Source of the DNA: Neoconidiobolus thromboides FSU 785
Lineage: Eukaryota > Fungi > Entomophthoromycota
Length of the DNA stretch: 64,000 nucleotides
Reading direction: 5' to 3'
Assembly (NCBI GenBank): GCA_025603075.1
Contig: MU626328.1
Coordinates: forward strand, 33,522 to 97,521
Below, one piece after another: positions 61,318 to 64,000 of the stretch. A model generated the notes under the pieces. That model was given only the letters and a program-made list of their open reading frames with translations, did not search any database and was not told where the DNA came from. The position numbers were made by a program, and so were the translations under genes. Each line of letters begins with the position of its first letter. The stretch's first letter is position 1.

Positions 61318-62091
61318 ATGAAATCCAAGCTTGTTTTAACTCTCCTTGGTATTGCCTTTGCTAGTAGAATATCATTTATAAATCCAGCTGTTCCTATCGT
61401 AGGTGGTAATGAAGTATCACCTAAATTTAAATATCTGTGGATGGTACCCATTACTGTTATGGATTTTCATACTCGAGGTGGTATTTTATACAATAGAAAC
61501 ACGGTGGTTACAAATGCTCAGTTTTCTCTTGACGAAGGCATACAGTTGACTGCTCACGTACATCGTCATAATCTAGAGATATATGAGTCTTCTGAAAAGG
61601 GAAAGACTTATAATGTTTTAAAACATATTGTTCATTTGAAATATAAAAAAGACACTTATTCTTACGATGTTGCTATTTGGAAACTTGATGCACAATCAGA
61701 ACCATCTACCGGTATAAAATTAAATGATGATAAATATTCAAATGCTGACAATACTCTTCTCAAAGTCATTGGTCGGGGTACTGATACATCCGAAACAAGT
61801 GAGACCTCATCAGCCCTTAATGAGGTTAAAGTCCCAGTATATAATATTACCAAATGCAAGCAAGCGTATCCTAAATTAGATGCTGAATCTCAATTTTGTG
61901 CTGGATACCCAAAAGGAGGTAAATATGCATGGATAGGCGATTCTGGAGGCCCAATATTTATACAAGGAGGCTCAGATACAGTATTGGTTAGTACTATATC
62001 ATGTGGCTATGATTGTGGTCGTGAAGGTTTTCTGGGTATCTATACTCGTGCCTCTGCTATTACTGACTTTATTAAGAAGAACTCAAGTTGA
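61318..62091 (+). CDS. Secreted trypsin-like (S1) protein, catalytic His substituted
   Basis: Signal peptide, IVGG, YDVAIWKL, FCAGY, GDSGGP, GIYTR; TAAHC reads TNAQF. Confidence 0.85.
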   Translation: MKSKLVLTLLGIAFASRISFINPAVPIVGGNEVSPKFKYLWMVPITVMDFHTRGGILYNRNTVVTNAQFSLDEGIQLTAHVHRHNLEIYESSEKGKTYNVLKHIVHLKYKKDTYSYDVAIWKLDAQSEPSTGIKLNDDKYSNADNTLLKVIGRGTDTSETSETSSALNEVKVPVYNITKCKQAYPKLDAESQFCAGYPKGGKYAWIGDSGGPIFIQGGSDTVLVSTISCGYDCGREGFLGIYTRASAITDFIKKNSS

Positions 62092-62562
62092 TTTTACTAT
62101 TAAATCCTAAATACGCCTTTATACAATATGTTTAAAAAAAAAACTTTCTTTATAAAAATATATCTATTTAAAAAATAAAGCATTTTTGTTTTTTAAGTTT
62201 AAAAATTAAAATAGAGTATTAAGGAGTTTACACCCTTTTACTGATGTGAAAGTTAAAGTGCTCAGTTAAAATCACGAAGTTTTCTAGTTTATCGTAAGTT
62301 GAAATCTGAATATTAATATGACCAACTTCAAATCAAAGAAAAAACAATTGGGTAGCAGTATACCCTCTCAGTATTTTAAACCTAAAAAACATAGCCATCA
62401 TTCTCGTCTTGTTTATGTTTATGTTTATTTAGTACATTTTTAATAAATAAGAGCGAAAAAAAGTTAAACCTTGGGTTTGTTTAACTCATTAATTTTTAAA
62501 TATTGCAAATAATAACGGATAAAAAAGGGACTCTTTTTATTGATTATATTATTCATATGCTT

Positions 62563-64000
62563 TTATAAATCTTTAGCAACCTGCTCCCAAATCTTGTATG
62601 GGTTAAAAGCAGTTTCTGCGTTATAAGCTCTGTGATGTTTAGCTGGATTCCAAGTGAATTCCAATGGACGAGGCTCCTTAAATCTAGAAGAATAAGCCTC
62701 TCTAACAGTGAGACTGAGAGCACCATTAATTGGAAGTGATTGTGGAGCAGCTGGATCTTTATCTAGTCCTGAAGATGCTAAACTACCTAAAAGCCTATCG
62801 AGGGAGTAAACGGTGCCGCCAGCAAGGGAACCAATAGTAGCATCTTTATTTTTAAGGCCGCCAAAAGCATAACTCTTGACATTATGAAATTCTTGCATAC
62901 CGTTACTTAAAAGGGTACAAGTAGAATAACAGATAGAGTTCGAAACTAAAGCAATATTTTTAGTTTTAAATGGTTGAGTATTATTAACTAATAGAGAGCG
63001 TAATTGATTGGTACCACATTTTTCTTGGAATTGTGGAGTGTATTGGCTATTTCTATTAGTACCACGATAGTATGTCTTGATATTAGTAAAGGCATTTTGG
63101 GAAGGAAATGGTTTACCATCAGGTTGATTATAATCAGTTGGATTAAAGAAGCCATACGTATTATTTTGGGTGAGTTTAGAAAGTAATGGAGAATAATGCA
63201 TATCGGTATTAAAAAACTTAGTAGTTGCATTTGGGAAGAGATAATCTAGCACACTATAACCCCAGCAGATATAACCACCACCATTGTTACTTACATCTAA
63301 GATCAATTTTTCTACTTTCTCATCCTGAAGTGCTTTAAAACCATCATAAAGTTCTTTTGACCATATATCTCCTTCGTTTGCTGAAAAGGTAGAAATGTGA
63401 ACAACACCTACATTATCAGGTAAAATATAAGTTTTAATATAGGTACCATCAACTACAGCAGTTAAAAGAGGATCAATCAATCTAGAGTCTTTAGATTCAA
63501 GTGGTGCTTCGATTGGAATTTTTTTGACTTTGGGTACTTCTAATAATTGAAGCCTACTATTACTCCCAAAAATATCTTTTATGAGAGCATCGTAATCAAC
63601 CACAGCACAATTGTTATCATAAAATGACTTGGCATCAGTAAATGGACTTTCTACATTTGGAGTAGCAATATAAGGTACAACTACTTCTTTTTCATCATTA
63701 CCAACACGAATTCTAAAAGTTAAAGTTTCTTTAACTGGTGGAATAGTAGTAGAACCAAAGCTACCATAACTAATACCCCACTGACCATTACTTTGAATGG
63801 AACGTGCAAGCGCATAATTCATACGAGAGTTAACATCTCTTGATGTACCAACATAATGTTTGGCGTACTCTTCGACAAATTCGAGTGGTTGTTTACCATC
63901 AATCGATAATACTTCAGCACCAGCATAGCTTAACACATCTACACCAGCGGCTTTCCAAGCATCAAGAAGAGATTGACTATATTGCAAACCTTGAGGGATC
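62563..64000 (-). CDS. S41-family (tail-specific-protease-like) peptidase; 5' end beyond the window
   Basis: LILDVSNNGGGY, CYSTC nucleophile region, GGTVY. The frame stays open to the window edge (IPQGLQYS...). Confidence 0.85.
   Translation of the reverse strand, partial: IPQGLQYSQSLLDAWKAAGVDVLSYAGAEVLSIDGKQPLEFVEEYAKHYVGTSRDVNSRMNYALARSIQSNGQWGISYGSFGSTTIPPVKETLTFRIRVGNDEKEVVVPYIATPNVESPFTDAKSFYDNNCAVVDYDALIKDIFGSNSRLQLLEVPKVKKIPIEAPLESKDSRLIDPLLTAVVDGTYIKTYILPDNVGVVHISTFSANEGDIWSKELYDGFKALQDEKVEKLILDVSNNGGGYICWGYSVLDYLFPNATTKFFNTDMHYSPLLSKLTQNNTYGFFNPTDYNQPDGKPFPSQNAFTNIKTYYRGTNRNSQYTPQFQEKCGTNQLRSLLVNNTQPFKTKNIALVSNSICYSTCTLLSNGMQEFHNVKSYAFGGLKNKDATIGSLAGGTVYSLDRLLGSLASSGLDKDPAAPQSLPINGALSLTVREAYSSRFKEPRPLEFTWNPAKHHRAYNAETAFNPYKIWEQVAKDL

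Overview
AT-rich, intron-containing eukaryotic DNA with short (about 45-70 nt) GT-AG introns. The gene set points to an early-diverging fungus; Zoopagomycota/Conidiobolus-like is an inference from gene content and composition, not a database result. It holds about 20 intact protein genes: adrenodoxin reductase (cut by the left edge), a small two-zinc-finger protein, a paraoxonase-like propeller, CHD1, a PMT2-like mannosyltransferase, proteasome alpha-3, SEN54, a HOOK adaptor, an AreA-like GATA factor, a membrane protein, a glutathione peroxidase, a Kv-beta-like aldo-keto reductase, PDH protein X, a MED25-like protein, a P450, ATP11, a class 3 lipase, a trypsin-like protein, an S41 peptidase (cut by the right edge) and two hypotheticals. 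It also has two tRNA genes (Gln-TTG, Val-CAC), three pseudogenes (two F-box, one S41), 16 copies of one ~100-105 bp MITE-like family, a solo-LTR-like insert and several very decayed retroelement relics. No CRISPR, rRNA or prokaryotic features were seen. The most notable observations are a full-architecture MED25 (VWA + ACID-like) in a fungus, enzymes with substituted catalytic residues (paraoxonase-like, trypsin-like, E3BP), a membrane-anchored single-Cys GPx and the MITE family. All homology calls come from motif recognition and remembered family sequences; no searches were run.
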